In this document: positions 21,308 to 31,107 of the stretch, piece by piece
Layout: the number at the start of each line of letters is the position of its first letter
How positions within the stretch are numbered: the stretch's first letter is position 1
NCBI GenBank assembly: GCA_963701965.1
Contig: OY969695.1
Coordinates: 3,968,001 to 4,032,000 of the forward strand
Reading direction: 5' to 3'
Length of the DNA stretch: 64,000 bases
Source of the DNA: an uncultured Gemmatimonadales bacterium
GTDB lineage: Bacteria > Gemmatimonadota > Gemmatimonadetes > Gemmatimonadales > Gemmatimonadaceae
The notes under the pieces: generated by a model
What the model saw: only the letters and a program-made list of their open reading frames with translations
Databases searched by the model: none
What the model was told of the DNA's origin: nothing
Translations under genes and position numbers: made by a program

Positions 21308-23038
21308 ATGATACAGCCCCTCACCCCACCGCGCACCCCGCCTGTCGTGACGTCGATCAGCCCTCCCCGGGCCAAGTTGCAGCTGGCCATGACCGACCCC
21401 GGCCGCATCATGCGCGGAATCTACATCGGTCGATTCATTGTCTCGGCGGCGATCTTCCTGGCTGCGCAGTTTGCCTGGGAACGGACACCGACAGAGACGG
21501 CGCGGCTGGCGTCGCTGATCTTCGCCGTCGCGATCCTGTTCACGGTCGCGTCGGCCGCCTATAGCGAAGTCGTCCACAAGGGCCCCTCCGCGCGCGCCTT
21601 TTTGTATATCCAGACGGCGTTCGACATCGCTTTCGTGACGGCGGTCGTGCACGTCACGGGCGGCAGCCAGTCGCCGTTCGCCTGGCTCTACATCCTCGTG
21701 ATCGCCGGCGCCGCGCTCCTCCTCCCCGTCGGAGCAGGGCTACTGATCGCGCTATCATGCAGCATCTGTTATTTCGTCGAGGTGCTCTGGCTGAGCCACA
21801 CGACTCCCGACGTCGCGGTGTGGCTGCAGCTCGTGGTGTTTGGCACCGTCGCCCTCGGCAGCGGCTACATTGGCTCACGCCTGCAACAGGCCGGCGCGGG
21901 CACCGCGGCCGAGTTGGTGTTCGTCCGCCTACAAGGGGAGGATATCCTGGGCGCGATCCGCAGCGGCATCATCACGATCGACAGCCGCGGCAACTTGCTC
22001 TACGCCAATCCCGCGGCCATCGAGCTGCTGGGTCTTCCGGTGCGGCGCTCGACCGCCGTGCCAATCCTGCCGCTGATCGCAGCGGCCGCGCCGCGTCTCG
22101 CGCGCGCGCTGGAAGACGCGGTGACCCGCCGATTCCGGACGACCCGCGGAGAAGACATCGTCACGCTGCGGGATCGCACATTCCCCATCGGCGTCACCAC
22201 GACCTACAGCCAGCAGTCGGATTCAGCGACGGCGACGGCGATCTTCCAGGACATCTCGGGGCAAAAGCGCCTGGAGAGCCTGCACGTCCGCGCTGGGCGG
22301 CTGGAGGCGGTGGCCGAGCTGGGCGCGTCGCTGGCGCACGAGATCAAGAATCCGCTCGCCTCGATCCGCAGCGCCGTGGAACAACTGGCGCGGATGCCGC
22401 AGGCGGACGACGACGCGCGAACGCTGGGCGCGCTCATCGTGCGCGAATCCGATCGCCTGTCACGACTCTTGACGGAATTTCTGGATTTCGCGCGCGTCCG
22501 GGTAACGTGTCTCCGTCCGGTCGACTTGGGGGCGGTGGCCACGGGCGCCGCCAGTTTGGTCTCGGCGCACCCGGACCGGGAGCCCGGCGTCACCATTTCC
22601 TGTTCCATTCCGGACGTCCCGCTCGTCATCGACGGGGACGAGGATCTGCTGCACCGCGCCGTGTTCAATCTGGTGCTGAACGCGGTGCAGGCGGCGCCGC
22701 CCAACGGCACGGTTCGAGTCGATGTGGCGCCAATCGCGGCCGATCAACTCCCCAGTGGCGTGTCATTCGACTCGGGCGCGGTCGCCTTGCGGGTGAGCGA
22801 CGACGGACCCGGGATCGCGTCCGAGGTCCGGGATCGCATGTTCGAGCCGTTCATGACGACAAAATCGGGTGGCAGTGGACTGGGATTGTCCGTGGTGCAC
22901 CGGGCGATCGAGGCGCACCGTGGGGTGGTCCTCGTCGACACCGGAGCGCTGGGCACGCGTCTTACCGTCCTGCTCCCCTACGCCCAGATCACCGACGACG
23001 TTCCGGTGCAATTTCGGGTGCCGCAGGAGACCGCGTGA
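21308..23038 (+). CDS. pilS: PilS-like membrane sensor histidine kinase
   Basis: ~6 TM with D...VH.TGG..SPF..LY, PAS-like region, LAHEIKNPL, NLVLNA, GSGLGL; upstream of PilR-like gene and pilA; start may be 21389. Confidence 0.8.
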   Translation: MIQPLTPPRTPPVVTSISPPRAKLQLAMTDPGRIMRGIYIGRFIVSAAIFLAAQFAWERTPTETARLASLIFAVAILFTVASAAYSEVVHKGPSARAFLYIQTAFDIAFVTAVVHVTGGSQSPFAWLYILVIAGAALLLPVGAGLLIALSCSICYFVEVLWLSHTTPDVAVWLQLVVFGTVALGSGYIGSRLQQAGAGTAAELVFVRLQGEDILGAIRSGIITIDSRGNLLYANPAAIELLGLPVRRSTAVPILPLIAAAAPRLARALEDAVTRRFRTTRGEDIVTLRDRTFPIGVTTTYSQQSDSATATAIFQDISGQKRLESLHVRAGRLEAVAELGASLAHEIKNPLASIRSAVEQLARMPQADDDARTLGALIVRESDRLSRLLTEFLDFARVRVTCLRPVDLGAVATGAASLVSAHPDREPGVTISCSIPDVPLVIDGDEDLLHRAVFNLVLNAVQAAPPNGTVRVDVAPIAADQLPSGVSFDSGAVALRVSDDGPGIASEVRDRMFEPFMTTKSGGSGLGLSVVHRAIEAHRGVVLVDTGALGTRLTVLLPYAQITDDVPVQFRVPQETA

Positions 23039-24405
23039 GCGACGGGAAGCCCACCGTCCTGGTCATTGATGACGAGTCAGGGATTCTCGACTCGTTGCGC
23101 ATCCTGCTCAAGAACGAAGGCTTCACGCCGCTCACCGCGCTGGGTGGGAAGCTGGCATTGGAGCAATTGGACAGGATCAACCCGGACATCGTCTTGAGCG
23201 ATGTCCGGATGCCGGCGGTCGGCGGCGTGCAGATCTTGAGCGCCGTGCGGGCAAAGTATCCCGAGACGCCCGTCATTCTCATGACCGCGCAGGCGACCCT
23301 GCAGTCGGCGATGCAGGCCGTCAACGAGGGCGCGTTCTACTATATTCAGAAGCCATTTGGGAACGACGAGCTCGTGGCGATCCTCAAGCGGGCGGCCGAG
23401 CATCGGCGCCTACGCGTGGAGAACTCGTCGCTCAAGCGGGAGATCAAGCGCCGCGAACGCCAGACCGACGGCCGGCCCGTAGGGTCCAGCAAGGTGTGGC
23501 TCGATGTCGTTACGCTGGCTGAAACCGTCGCCGCGACCGAGTCGACCGTCCTGATTCAGGGCGAGTCGGGCACCGGCAAGGAAGTCATCGCCCGCTACAT
23601 CCACCAACTCTCGAACCGCGCCGACGCCCAGTTCGCGTCGATCAACTGCGGCGCGCTCCCCGAGAGCTTGTTGGAGAGCGAGCTGTTCGGCCACGTCAAG
23701 GGCTCGTTCACCGGCGCCGTCAAGGACAAGAGCGGGTTGTTCACCGCCGCCGCGGGAGGGACGTTTTTCCTCGACGAGGTCGGCGAGACCACGCCCGCCA
23801 CGCAGGTCAAGCTCCTCCGTGTGTTGCAGCACCGCGAGGTGATTCCGGTCGGTGCGACCGATCCCAGTCCGATCGACGTGCGTCTGCTCGCCGCCACGAA
23901 CCGCGATCTCGAGGAGGAGATCAAGCGGGGCACATTCCGGAGCGACCTGTTCTACCGGCTGAACGTGATCGCACTGCATTTGCCGCCGCTGCGCGACCGG
24001 CGGGACGACATCCCTCTCCTCGTCGAGGCGTTTCTGCACCGCGCGGCCGAGGCGCGGTCGGAAAGCCCGAAGCGTGCCAGCGAAGCGGCGCTCGAGGCCA
24101 TGCGCAGCTTCTCCTGGCCCGGGAACGTCCGCGAGCTGGAGAACGCCCTGGAGCGCGCCGTCATTCTGACGCCGGGCGACGTCATCGATGTGTCCGCGCT
24201 GCCCGACCGTGTCACCGACCGGCAAGCCGAGCCGCTTATCTCCGAACGCACCGCGACGACGCCGACGCTCGACGTAATCGAGCGGGCCTATATCATGTGG
24301 GTTCTGCAGAGTGAGGGCGGCAACAAGACACGAGCCGCCGACGTGCTCGGCATCGACCCCTCGACTCTCTACCGCAAACTCTCCCGCTTCGGCGTCGAAG
24401 CATGA
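23035..24405 (+). CDS. pilR: PilR-like sigma54-dependent response regulator
   Basis: Receiver (IDDE, D.RMP, KPF), [31 protein letters not shown], Fis HTH. Confidence 0.85.
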   Translation: MSDGKPTVLVIDDESGILDSLRILLKNEGFTPLTALGGKLALEQLDRINPDIVLSDVRMPAVGGVQILSAVRAKYPETPVILMTAQATLQSAMQAVNEGAFYYIQKPFGNDELVAILKRAAEHRRLRVENSSLKREIKRRERQTDGRPVGSSKVWLDVVTLAETVAATESTVLIQGESGTGKEVIARYIHQLSNRADAQFASINCGALPESLLESELFGHVKGSFTGAVKDKSGLFTAAAGGTFFLDEVGETTPATQVKLLRVLQHREVIPVGATDPSPIDVRLLAATNRDLEEEIKRGTFRSDLFYRLNVIALHLPPLRDRRDDIPLLVEAFLHRAAEARSESPKRASEAALEAMRSFSWPGNVRELENALERAVILTPGDVIDVSALPDRVTDRQAEPLISERTATTPTLDVIERAYIMWVLQSEGGNKTRAADVLGIDPSTLYRKLSRFGVEA

Positions 24406-26048
24406 CGCGCCGTTGGCTCCCGGCGGCGTCGATCGCGGCGCTCGCCTCCGTTGCCGCGAGCACGGGTCTCGGGAATGGATTCGCCTACGATGATCTGCCG
24501 ATCATCGCGCGGAACGCGCCCCTGCACGACTGGCACCAGCTGGCGCATCGTTTCGTCGAGTCTTACTGGCCGCTCGCGCAGGGAGGGACACTCTACCGGC
24601 CGCTGGCGACGGCGCTGTTCACCATCGAATGGACGGCCGGCGGCGGCTCGGCTCTGCCATTTCACGTGGTGAACCTCCTGCTCTACGTTGCCGTCTGCCT
24701 GGGGGTCCTTGCGCTCGCGAGAAGCATGCTGCCCGCCGGCATCGCGCTGGGCACGGCGGCCGCGTTCGCGGTGCATCCCGTGCACGTCGAGGTCTTCGCC
24801 AACTGCGTCGGACAGTCTGAGCTCATCGTGGCGGGCGCCGTGTGCGCGGCGGGGGCGCTCTACCTGCGCCGGCGCGCCGCCGGCCAGCTCCGCAGGCGCG
24901 ACCTCGCAACGCTCGCAATCCTCTTCATCGTGGGGTTGCTGGCCAAAGAGCACGCGATCGTGTTGCCCGCGCTGCTGCTGGCGGCCGAGCTCACCGTGGT
25001 CGCCGATCCCGCGCCCGCGCGCGCGCGGGCGCGATCGCTCGTGCCGCTGGGCGTTCTGCTCGCCGGGATCGCGAGTGCCTACCTGATCCTGCGGCGGTCG
25101 GTGCTCGGCGGCCTGGTCGGCGAGAACCCGGCGTTCGCATTCCGCGACGCGATGTGGACTACGCGGTCGTGGACGATGCTGGGCGTCGTGCCCCAGTGGG
25201 TCCGGCTGCTGGTATGGCCCGCGCACCTGTCGGCCGTCTATTCGCCGCCGGGGACCGCCGTCCGCGACAGCGCCGACATTGTCGCGATGGTGGGGCTGGT
25301 CGTTCTGACCGGGGGAGCCGTGCTGGCGGTCGCGGCGCGGCGCCAGCTCCCCGTGCTGTCCTTTGGCCTCGCCTGGTTCGGGATTGCCATCTTGCCCGTG
25401 AGCAACGTCGTGGTGCGCACGGGCGTTCTCCTCGCGGAACGAACACTCTTTCTGCCGAGCGTCGGCGCGATGCTGGCCGCCGGCGCGCTGGTGCCGGTCG
25501 TCGTCAACTGGCTGCCGCGCGCTGGCGTTGCGCGGCGCGCCGAGTTGGCCGGGGCGGCGACCGGCCTGACCATGCTACTTGTCGCGGGACTCGCCCGCAG
25601 CATGGTGCGCGCCCCGGTCTGGCACGACGACTCGACGCTGTTCCGTGCCGCGACTCAGGAGGAGCCGTTGAGCTATGCCGCCCACTACGGCTACGCGGGG
25701 CTGTTGTTCAACGCGGGCCAGCGCGGATCGGGCGAGCGCGAGGCGCGTCGCGCGCTTAGCCTCTACGGCGGCGACCCACGCGTCTTCATCGACTTGGCCA
25801 CCGAGTATGCGCGCGCGGGCGCCTGCGCGCCGGCGGAGCGGCTGGCCCGCCGTGCGCTGGACATCACCTCACACCTGGTGTCGGCCCGTGTCATCCTCGC
25901 CCAATGCCGCCTCGAAGCGCGCGACTACGCGGGATTGCGTTCCGTGGCGGCCGACGGTTTGTCCGACGGCGTGCGCCCCGCCCTCTTCCGCAAGATGCTC
26001 TGGACGGCCGATAGCGGGGCGCATGCAAGCGCTCTGGCCGGCCCTTAA
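24402..26048 (+). CDS. TMTC-like GT-C membrane glycosyltransferase with C-terminal TPRs (copy 1)
   Basis: F.YDD..II..N, YRPL, FH..N..L, FAVHPVHVE.FAN.VG.SEL, LLAKE, AERTLFLPS, W.DD.TLF, TPR-like tail. Confidence 0.82.
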   Translation: MTRRWLPAASIAALASVAASTGLGNGFAYDDLPIIARNAPLHDWHQLAHRFVESYWPLAQGGTLYRPLATALFTIEWTAGGGSALPFHVVNLLLYVAVCLGVLALARSMLPAGIALGTAAAFAVHPVHVEVFANCVGQSELIVAGAVCAAGALYLRRRAAGQLRRRDLATLAILFIVGLLAKEHAIVLPALLLAAELTVVADPAPARARARSLVPLGVLLAGIASAYLILRRSVLGGLVGENPAFAFRDAMWTTRSWTMLGVVPQWVRLLVWPAHLSAVYSPPGTAVRDSADIVAMVGLVVLTGGAVLAVAARRQLPVLSFGLAWFGIAILPVSNVVVRTGVLLAERTLFLPSVGAMLAAGALVPVVVNWLPRAGVARRAELAGAATGLTMLLVAGLARSMVRAPVWHDDSTLFRAATQEEPLSYAAHYGYAGLLFNAGQRGSGEREARRALSLYGGDPRVFIDLATEYARAGACAPAERLARRALDITSHLVSARVILAQCRLEARDYAGLRSVAADGLSDGVRPALFRKMLWTADSGAHASALAGP

Positions 26049-26057
26049 TGTTCCCCC

Positions 26058-26831
26058 ATGACCGAAATCACGCGCCCGGCCGAGCACCTGACCGGACCCA
26101 CGATTCCCCGCATGCGCGGCCGGACGCCGATTCCGCGACACGCCCTGCGGCTGTCCGTGCTCATCCCGGTCTACAACGAGCGGGCGACGATCGGCGCCAT
26201 CCTCGACCAGGTCCACGCGGTCAACGTCCCGAAGGAAATCATCTGCGTCAACGATTGCTCGACGGACGGGACCCGGGAGATACTCGATCGCCTGGCGGCC
26301 GAGGGACGCATCGATCGACTGATTCACCATCCGCGCAACCAGGGAAAGGGAGCGGCCATTCGGACCGCCCTGGCGGCCAGCACGGGCAACGTGGTGATCG
26401 TGCAAGACGCCGATCTCGAATACGACCCGGCCGATTGGCCGCAGATGATGGAACCGCTCATCGACGGCGTGGCCGACGCAGTGTTCGGCTCGCGATTTCT
26501 CGGCGGACCGCATCGCGTGCTCTATTTCTGGCACTCGGTCGGGAATGCCGTCCTGACGACGTTCAGCAACATCGCGACCAATATCAACCTCACCGACATG
26601 GAGACGTGCTACAAGGCGATCCGGGGCGAGGTCGCCCGATCGCTGGTGCTCACGTCGGACCGATTCGGATTCGAGGTCGAGGTGACCGCCCGGCTCGCGC
26701 AAGCGCAGGCGCGCATCTACGAGGTACCCATCAGCTACTCGGGCAGGACGTACGCCGAAGGGAAGAAGATCGGGTGGAAGGATGGGGTGGCGGCACTGTG
26801 GCACATCGTGCGCTACAACCTGCGTTCCTGA
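26058..26831 (+). CDS. GT2 glycosyltransferase, Dol-P-Man synthase (DPM1)-like
   Basis: IPVYNE, VNDCSTDGT, NQGKG.A, QDADLEYDP, GSRF, DMETCYK, FGFE.E, EGKKI.WKDG. Confidence 0.9.
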   Translation: MTEITRPAEHLTGPTIPRMRGRTPIPRHALRLSVLIPVYNERATIGAILDQVHAVNVPKEIICVNDCSTDGTREILDRLAAEGRIDRLIHHPRNQGKGAAIRTALAASTGNVVIVQDADLEYDPADWPQMMEPLIDGVADAVFGSRFLGGPHRVLYFWHSVGNAVLTTFSNIATNINLTDMETCYKAIRGEVARSLVLTSDRFGFEVEVTARLAQAQARIYEVPISYSGRTYAEGKKIGWKDGVAALWHIVRYNLRS

Positions 26832-28483
26832 CGCGCCGCGTCGCGGCGCGCGCGCCCGTCGTCATCGCGCTGATCGCCGCTCTCGTCTACGCCAATGGTC
26901 TGTCGAACGGCTTCACCCAGGACGACTGGCCGCTGATTGCCCACAATCCGATCGTTCAGTCCTTCACCGGCCTGTGGCGTGCGTTCGCGCACCCGTACTG
27001 GCCCAAGGCGTGGGGCTGGGGACAATACCGGCCGGTTGCCGTTGGCTTGTTCGTGTTGCAATGGGCGGCCGCCGGCGGGTCGCCCTCGGTGTACCACGGC
27101 GTGAGCATCGTCCTGCACGTCAGCGTATGCCTGTTGCTCCGCCGAGTGCTGATGACCATGGTGCCACCCCCCGGCGCGACGATTGGCGCGGCATGGTTCG
27201 CCCTCCAGCCCGTACACGTCGAAGCCGTCGCCAGCGCCGTAGGCCAGAGCGAGCTGCTGTCGACCGCGTTCGTCCTGGCGGCCTGGCTGGCGCATTGGCG
27301 CGAAAAGCGGATCGCCATGGTCTGGTTCGCCCTGGCGCTGCTGGCCAAAGAGACGGGGATCGTCTTCTTGGGTCTCGCCATCGTGCACGACCTGATGCAG
27401 GGAGGCGCGCGCGCCCCGCTGGCCCGCCGCCGCGCCCTGTACCTCCGCTACGGAGCGGTCGTGGTCCTCTACGCGGTGGTCCTGGCGACGATCTTCTCCG
27501 ACCAACCCCTGCGGGTGGTTGCCCAGACCTGGGACGGCGCCACGGCCGGCGCGCGTCTGCTCACGATGCTGAGTGTGGCGCCAGACTACGCGCGCCTGGT
27601 GGTGATGCCGTTCGTGCTCCGCACCAACTACGAGCCCCAGGTTATCGCGCTGCAGACCGCGTTGACGCCGCCCGTCTTCTTGGGCGGCGCCTTCGTGATC
27701 GCGGTGATCATCGCGGTGATCATGACCAGGCGGCGCGCCCCGGCGATATGCTACGGCATCGCCTGGTTCGTGATGGCGGTCGCTCCCGTGGCCAACGTGT
27801 TCTTCGCCACGGGCGTCGTCCTGGCGGAACGCACCTTGTATCTGCCGACCGCTGGTGCGGCCATCGTCATCGGCGGGCTCGCGGCGCGCGCCAGGCCGCG
27901 GCTTCGGGTGGCGGCGCTGGCCACCGCCTTCGGCCTGGCGTTCGCCGTACGCGTATGGACCCGGACGCGCGTCTGGCATGATGACCTCGCGCTGACGAGA
28001 AGCGCGCTGCATGACTCGCCGCGGTCGTACAAAGCGCACCACGCGGCCGCGATGTTTCTCGCTTCGACCGGACAGTGGACCGCCGCGGCCGGTGAATACC
28101 GGCTGGCTCGGCAACTGTTCCCCCGCGATGGCGACCCATACCGCGGAGGGGCGGAGGCCGCGCTGGCGGCGCGCGACTATGAGGGAGCGGCCGCGCTGCT
28201 CGACAGCGCGCGCCGTCTGGCCCCCACGCAGATCGGTCCCTGGCTCCGGCTCGCGGACGTGCGTGCCCTGCAACGCCGCTGGCGGGAAGCCGGGGCGCTC
28301 GCCTTCGCGGCGTATGAGCTGTGCCCCGATTCCGTGCGCGCGATTCGGGTCGCGGCGACGATGGCCGTCCGCTCGGGGAACCCCGTTGCGGCGCGCACGG
28401 CGCTGCGGCGCGGACTTGCCGACCACCCCGGCAACGCGGACTTGCATCGCGCGTATATCGCGGTGCGCGACACCGGGCCGTAA
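26828..28483 (+). CDS. TMTC-like GT-C membrane glycosyltransferase with TPRs (copy 2)
   Basis: GFTQDD, YRPV, PVHVEAVA..VG.SEL, LLAKE, AERTLYLP, WHDD. Start uncertain: GTG 26798 or CTG 26828. The longer ORF-track start overlaps the GT2 gene. Confidence 0.82.
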   Translation: MTRRVAARAPVVIALIAALVYANGLSNGFTQDDWPLIAHNPIVQSFTGLWRAFAHPYWPKAWGWGQYRPVAVGLFVLQWAAAGGSPSVYHGVSIVLHVSVCLLLRRVLMTMVPPPGATIGAAWFALQPVHVEAVASAVGQSELLSTAFVLAAWLAHWREKRIAMVWFALALLAKETGIVFLGLAIVHDLMQGGARAPLARRRALYLRYGAVVVLYAVVLATIFSDQPLRVVAQTWDGATAGARLLTMLSVAPDYARLVVMPFVLRTNYEPQVIALQTALTPPVFLGGAFVIAVIIAVIMTRRRAPAICYGIAWFVMAVAPVANVFFATGVVLAERTLYLPTAGAAIVIGGLAARARPRLRVAALATAFGLAFAVRVWTRTRVWHDDLALTRSALHDSPRSYKAHHAAAMFLASTGQWTAAAGEYRLARQLFPRDGDPYRGGAEAALAARDYEGAAALLDSARRLAPTQIGPWLRLADVRALQRRWREAGALAFAAYELCPDSVRAIRVAATMAVRSGNPVAARTALRRGLADHPGNADLHRAYIAVRDTGP

Positions 28484-28515
28484 CCTGGCGAATCCATAGG
28501 GCGTCCTTTGGGGAC

Positions 28516-30291
28516 ATGCCCCCAGCCCCCACGCACCAGATCGACGGACCGGACCAGCGCTGGCGGCAGTGGGCGATCGCCAGCATTGTGCTCGTCGCTG
28601 CCCTGTGCTACGCCAACGCGCTCGCCAACGGCTACGTGCAGGACGATCAGGGCATCATTCACGACAACCCGCTCGTCCAGACCGTCACGGGACTCTGGCG
28701 GGCGTTTGCCCATCCCTACTGGCCGGAGCACAACGGCGCCGGCCAATACCGGCCCCTGGTGATCGACTCGTTCGTCATCGATCGCGGCATCCTCCATCTG
28801 GGCGCTTGGTGGATCCACCTGGTCAATATCGGCTGGCATGTCGCCGTCTCGGTCTTGGTGTGGCGCGTGCTCTCGACGATGCTGTCGGTGTCCGGCGCGT
28901 GGTTCGGGGGCCTCTGGTTCGCGCTGCATCCGGTGCACGTGGAGGCGGTCTCCAACGGCGTCGGCCGGTGCGAGTTGATGGCTACCGCATTCGTTCTGCT
29001 CGCATGGCTCGCGCATTGGGAGAAGCGTCCGGTCGCCGTCCTGTACTTCGCGGCAGCCCTCGCGTCGAAAGAGGTGGGCATCGTCTTTCTCGGTCTCGCG
29101 GCGGCCCACGATCTCATCGTCGGCAGTTCGGCGCATTGGCGCCGTCCTTTCGTCGAGCGGCGTCGATGGTACGCCGCCTATGCCGGCGTGTGCGCGGTAT
29201 ACGCCGGCGCGTTGCTCTGGGTCTTCCGCAGCAAACCGTTCGTGGTGACGGCGGTGACGTGGGATCACGCCACGATGCTCCAGCGATGGTTGACCATGCT
29301 GCGGGTGGTCCCCGAATACGCCCGGCTCTTGCTCGCTCCCATCGATCTCAAGGTCGACTACACGCCGCGGACCATCGACCTCGTCACCGGCGTGACCCCA
29401 GCAGTGGTCGTCGGGTGCGCATTGTTAGCGGCAACGCTGCTCGTCCTCGTCGCGCTGTGGCGTCGGGCGCCCGCGGTGTCCTACGGCGTCGTCTGGTTCA
29501 TCGTCGCGATCTCGCCCGTCTCGAATGTACTCTTTCCGTCGGGCGTGGTGCTGGCCGAGCGGACGCTCTACTTGCCGAGCGTCGGCGCGGCGATCATTGC
29601 GGGCTGGATCTTCGAGCGGGCGCTGGTCGTGCGGCCCCGTTTCAGCGCCGTCTTCGCGACGGTGCTGTGTGTCGCGTTCGCCTTGCGGACCTGGACGCGG
29701 ACTCCTTTCTGGCACGACAAGCGCCAATTCCTGATGCGGGAAGTGTCCGAGCAGCCGGAATCCTATCGCGCGCACTACACCGTGTGCGTGCTGCTGTCAC
29801 TCGAGCATCATTGGTCGGAGGCCGCCACCGAGTGCCAGGTGGCCCGCCGCCTGCACGGGAGCGACGTCGGCCCCTACGTCACCGGTGCCCAGGTGGCGCT
29901 CGGCGCCCGGCAGACGCTCGTCGCCGACGCCTTGCTCGACAGTGCCAAGCAACTCAGTCCGGGGGATTACGCGACCCTGTACACGCTGGCCGAGCTGCGT
30001 CGGACGCAAGGGCGGCCGCGTGAAGCGATCGCGCTCGCGTTCAGCGCCTACGAATCCGCACCCGACAGCGTGCAGGCCATCGATCAGCTGACGAGCGCCG
30101 CGCAAGCGCTGCACGACTATGTGGACGCCGAGGCCGCGTTCCGTCGCGGTCTGGCCGACCATCCGGCGAACGTGCATCTGCGCGAAGGGTACGCGGCCAT
30201 GTTGATGGATCGCGGGGATAGCGCGGCGGGGCGGCAACAACTGGCGTTAGCCCATTCTGACGTGGTCCAGACGCTCTTCTCATCCCAATGA
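28516..30291 (+). CDS. TMTC-like GT-C membrane glycosyltransferase with TPRs (copy 3)
   Basis: GYVQDD, YRPL, HPVHVEAV...VGR.EL, SKE, AERTLYLPS, TPR-like tail. Confidence 0.82.
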   Translation: MPPAPTHQIDGPDQRWRQWAIASIVLVAALCYANALANGYVQDDQGIIHDNPLVQTVTGLWRAFAHPYWPEHNGAGQYRPLVIDSFVIDRGILHLGAWWIHLVNIGWHVAVSVLVWRVLSTMLSVSGAWFGGLWFALHPVHVEAVSNGVGRCELMATAFVLLAWLAHWEKRPVAVLYFAAALASKEVGIVFLGLAAAHDLIVGSSAHWRRPFVERRRWYAAYAGVCAVYAGALLWVFRSKPFVVTAVTWDHATMLQRWLTMLRVVPEYARLLLAPIDLKVDYTPRTIDLVTGVTPAVVVGCALLAATLLVLVALWRRAPAVSYGVVWFIVAISPVSNVLFPSGVVLAERTLYLPSVGAAIIAGWIFERALVVRPRFSAVFATVLCVAFALRTWTRTPFWHDKRQFLMREVSEQPESYRAHYTVCVLLSLEHHWSEAATECQVARRLHGSDVGPYVTGAQVALGARQTLVADALLDSAKQLSPGDYATLYTLAELRRTQGRPREAIALAFSAYESAPDSVQAIDQLTSAAQALHDYVDAEAAFRRGLADHPANVHLREGYAAMLMDRGDSAAGRQQLALAHSDVVQTLFSSQ

Positions 30292-30427
30292 CTCGTATCG
30301 GGACACCCATCGCGCCACGCAGTCTGCAAGTCGTCGTGCAAAACACACGGCACATCGGCGGCGAGCAGGTCGGGCGACTGATGCCCAACCCATTGGAGTA
30401 TTGATAGTTAGACGGCACAGTCCGCCA

Positions 30428-30443
30428 CGGCCCGTCCGTTGCC
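30428..30443 (+). promoter_or_regulatory. Sigma54 (-24/-12) promoter of pilA
   Basis: CGGCCC-GTCCG-TTGCC with GG-N10-GC spacing, ~75 nt upstream of pilA; PilR-like activator upstream. Confidence 0.7.
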
Positions 30444-30518
30444 TATGTAGTGGCCAGATGGCAGTTGCCCGGTGACCCGCAGTCACCACTTTTCTCCCCC
30501 CTCCGGAGTAGACACGTT

Positions 30519-30935
30519 ATGAAGACGGCCAAGAAAGGTTTCACCCTCATCGAGCTTCTGATCGTCGTCGTGATCATTGGTATCCTTGCCGCGATCGCGA
30601 TTCCGAAGTTCGCCGCCACCAAGTCGAAGGCGTATACCGCTTCGATGAAGACCGATCTCCGCAACCTGGTGACGGCGCAGGAAGCGTACTTCTCGGACAA
30701 CACGTCGTACGCGACGACCCTGGCCGCGCTCTCGACGTCGTTCCACCCGTCAGCCGGTAACGTGGTTGCGGATCCGAGTGCAGCGACCACGACCGGCTGG
30801 AGCACGACGGTGACGAACACGTTCGTCCCGTCCACGTCGACCGGTCATCTCTGCGCCGTGTGGGTTGGTGGCGCGGCGTCGGCCCCAGGTGGTGTCACGG
30901 CTGACACGATCGAAGGCGCGCCGGCCTGTTTGTAG
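30519..30935 (+). CDS. pilA: Type IVa major pilin
   Basis: MKTAKKG|FTLIELLIVVVIIGILAAIAIP; C-terminal Cys pair; own promoter and terminator; RBS GGAG. Confidence 0.9.
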   Translation: MKTAKKGFTLIELLIVVVIIGILAAIAIPKFAATKSKAYTASMKTDLRNLVTAQEAYFSDNTSYATTLAALSTSFHPSAGNVVADPSAATTTGWSTTVTNTFVPSTSTGHLCAVWVGGAASAPGGVTADTIEGAPACL

Positions 30936-30956
30936 CCAGCGCGCGGCACGCAGGAC

Positions 30957-30991
30957 GCGACGGGCCGGGTCCCAGTGACCCGGCCCGTCGT
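30957..30991 (+). terminator. Hairpin after pilA
   Basis: CGACGGGCCGGGTC-CCAGT-GACCCGGCCCGTCG. Confidence 0.65.
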
Positions 30992-31107
30992 GCATCCGGC
31001 AAGCAAGTCAGCGTTACCTTTGCGCCCCACGAGTCGTGTGACTGGGAGAAATGACCGGTCGGTAGGTCGATCCGACCACTCGTACACCACTAGCCCCCGG
31101 CACCCCT

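Noticed and set aside
21757..23034. Apparent 882-aa PilR with long N-terminal extension
   Set aside because: Extension is an alternative frame of pilS; the real start is the GTGA overlap at 23035
26048..26797. Apparent GT2-TMTC fusion or 811-aa ORF
   Set aside because: The N-terminal ~250 aa is an Arg-rich alternative frame over the complete GT2 gene, which has its own stop
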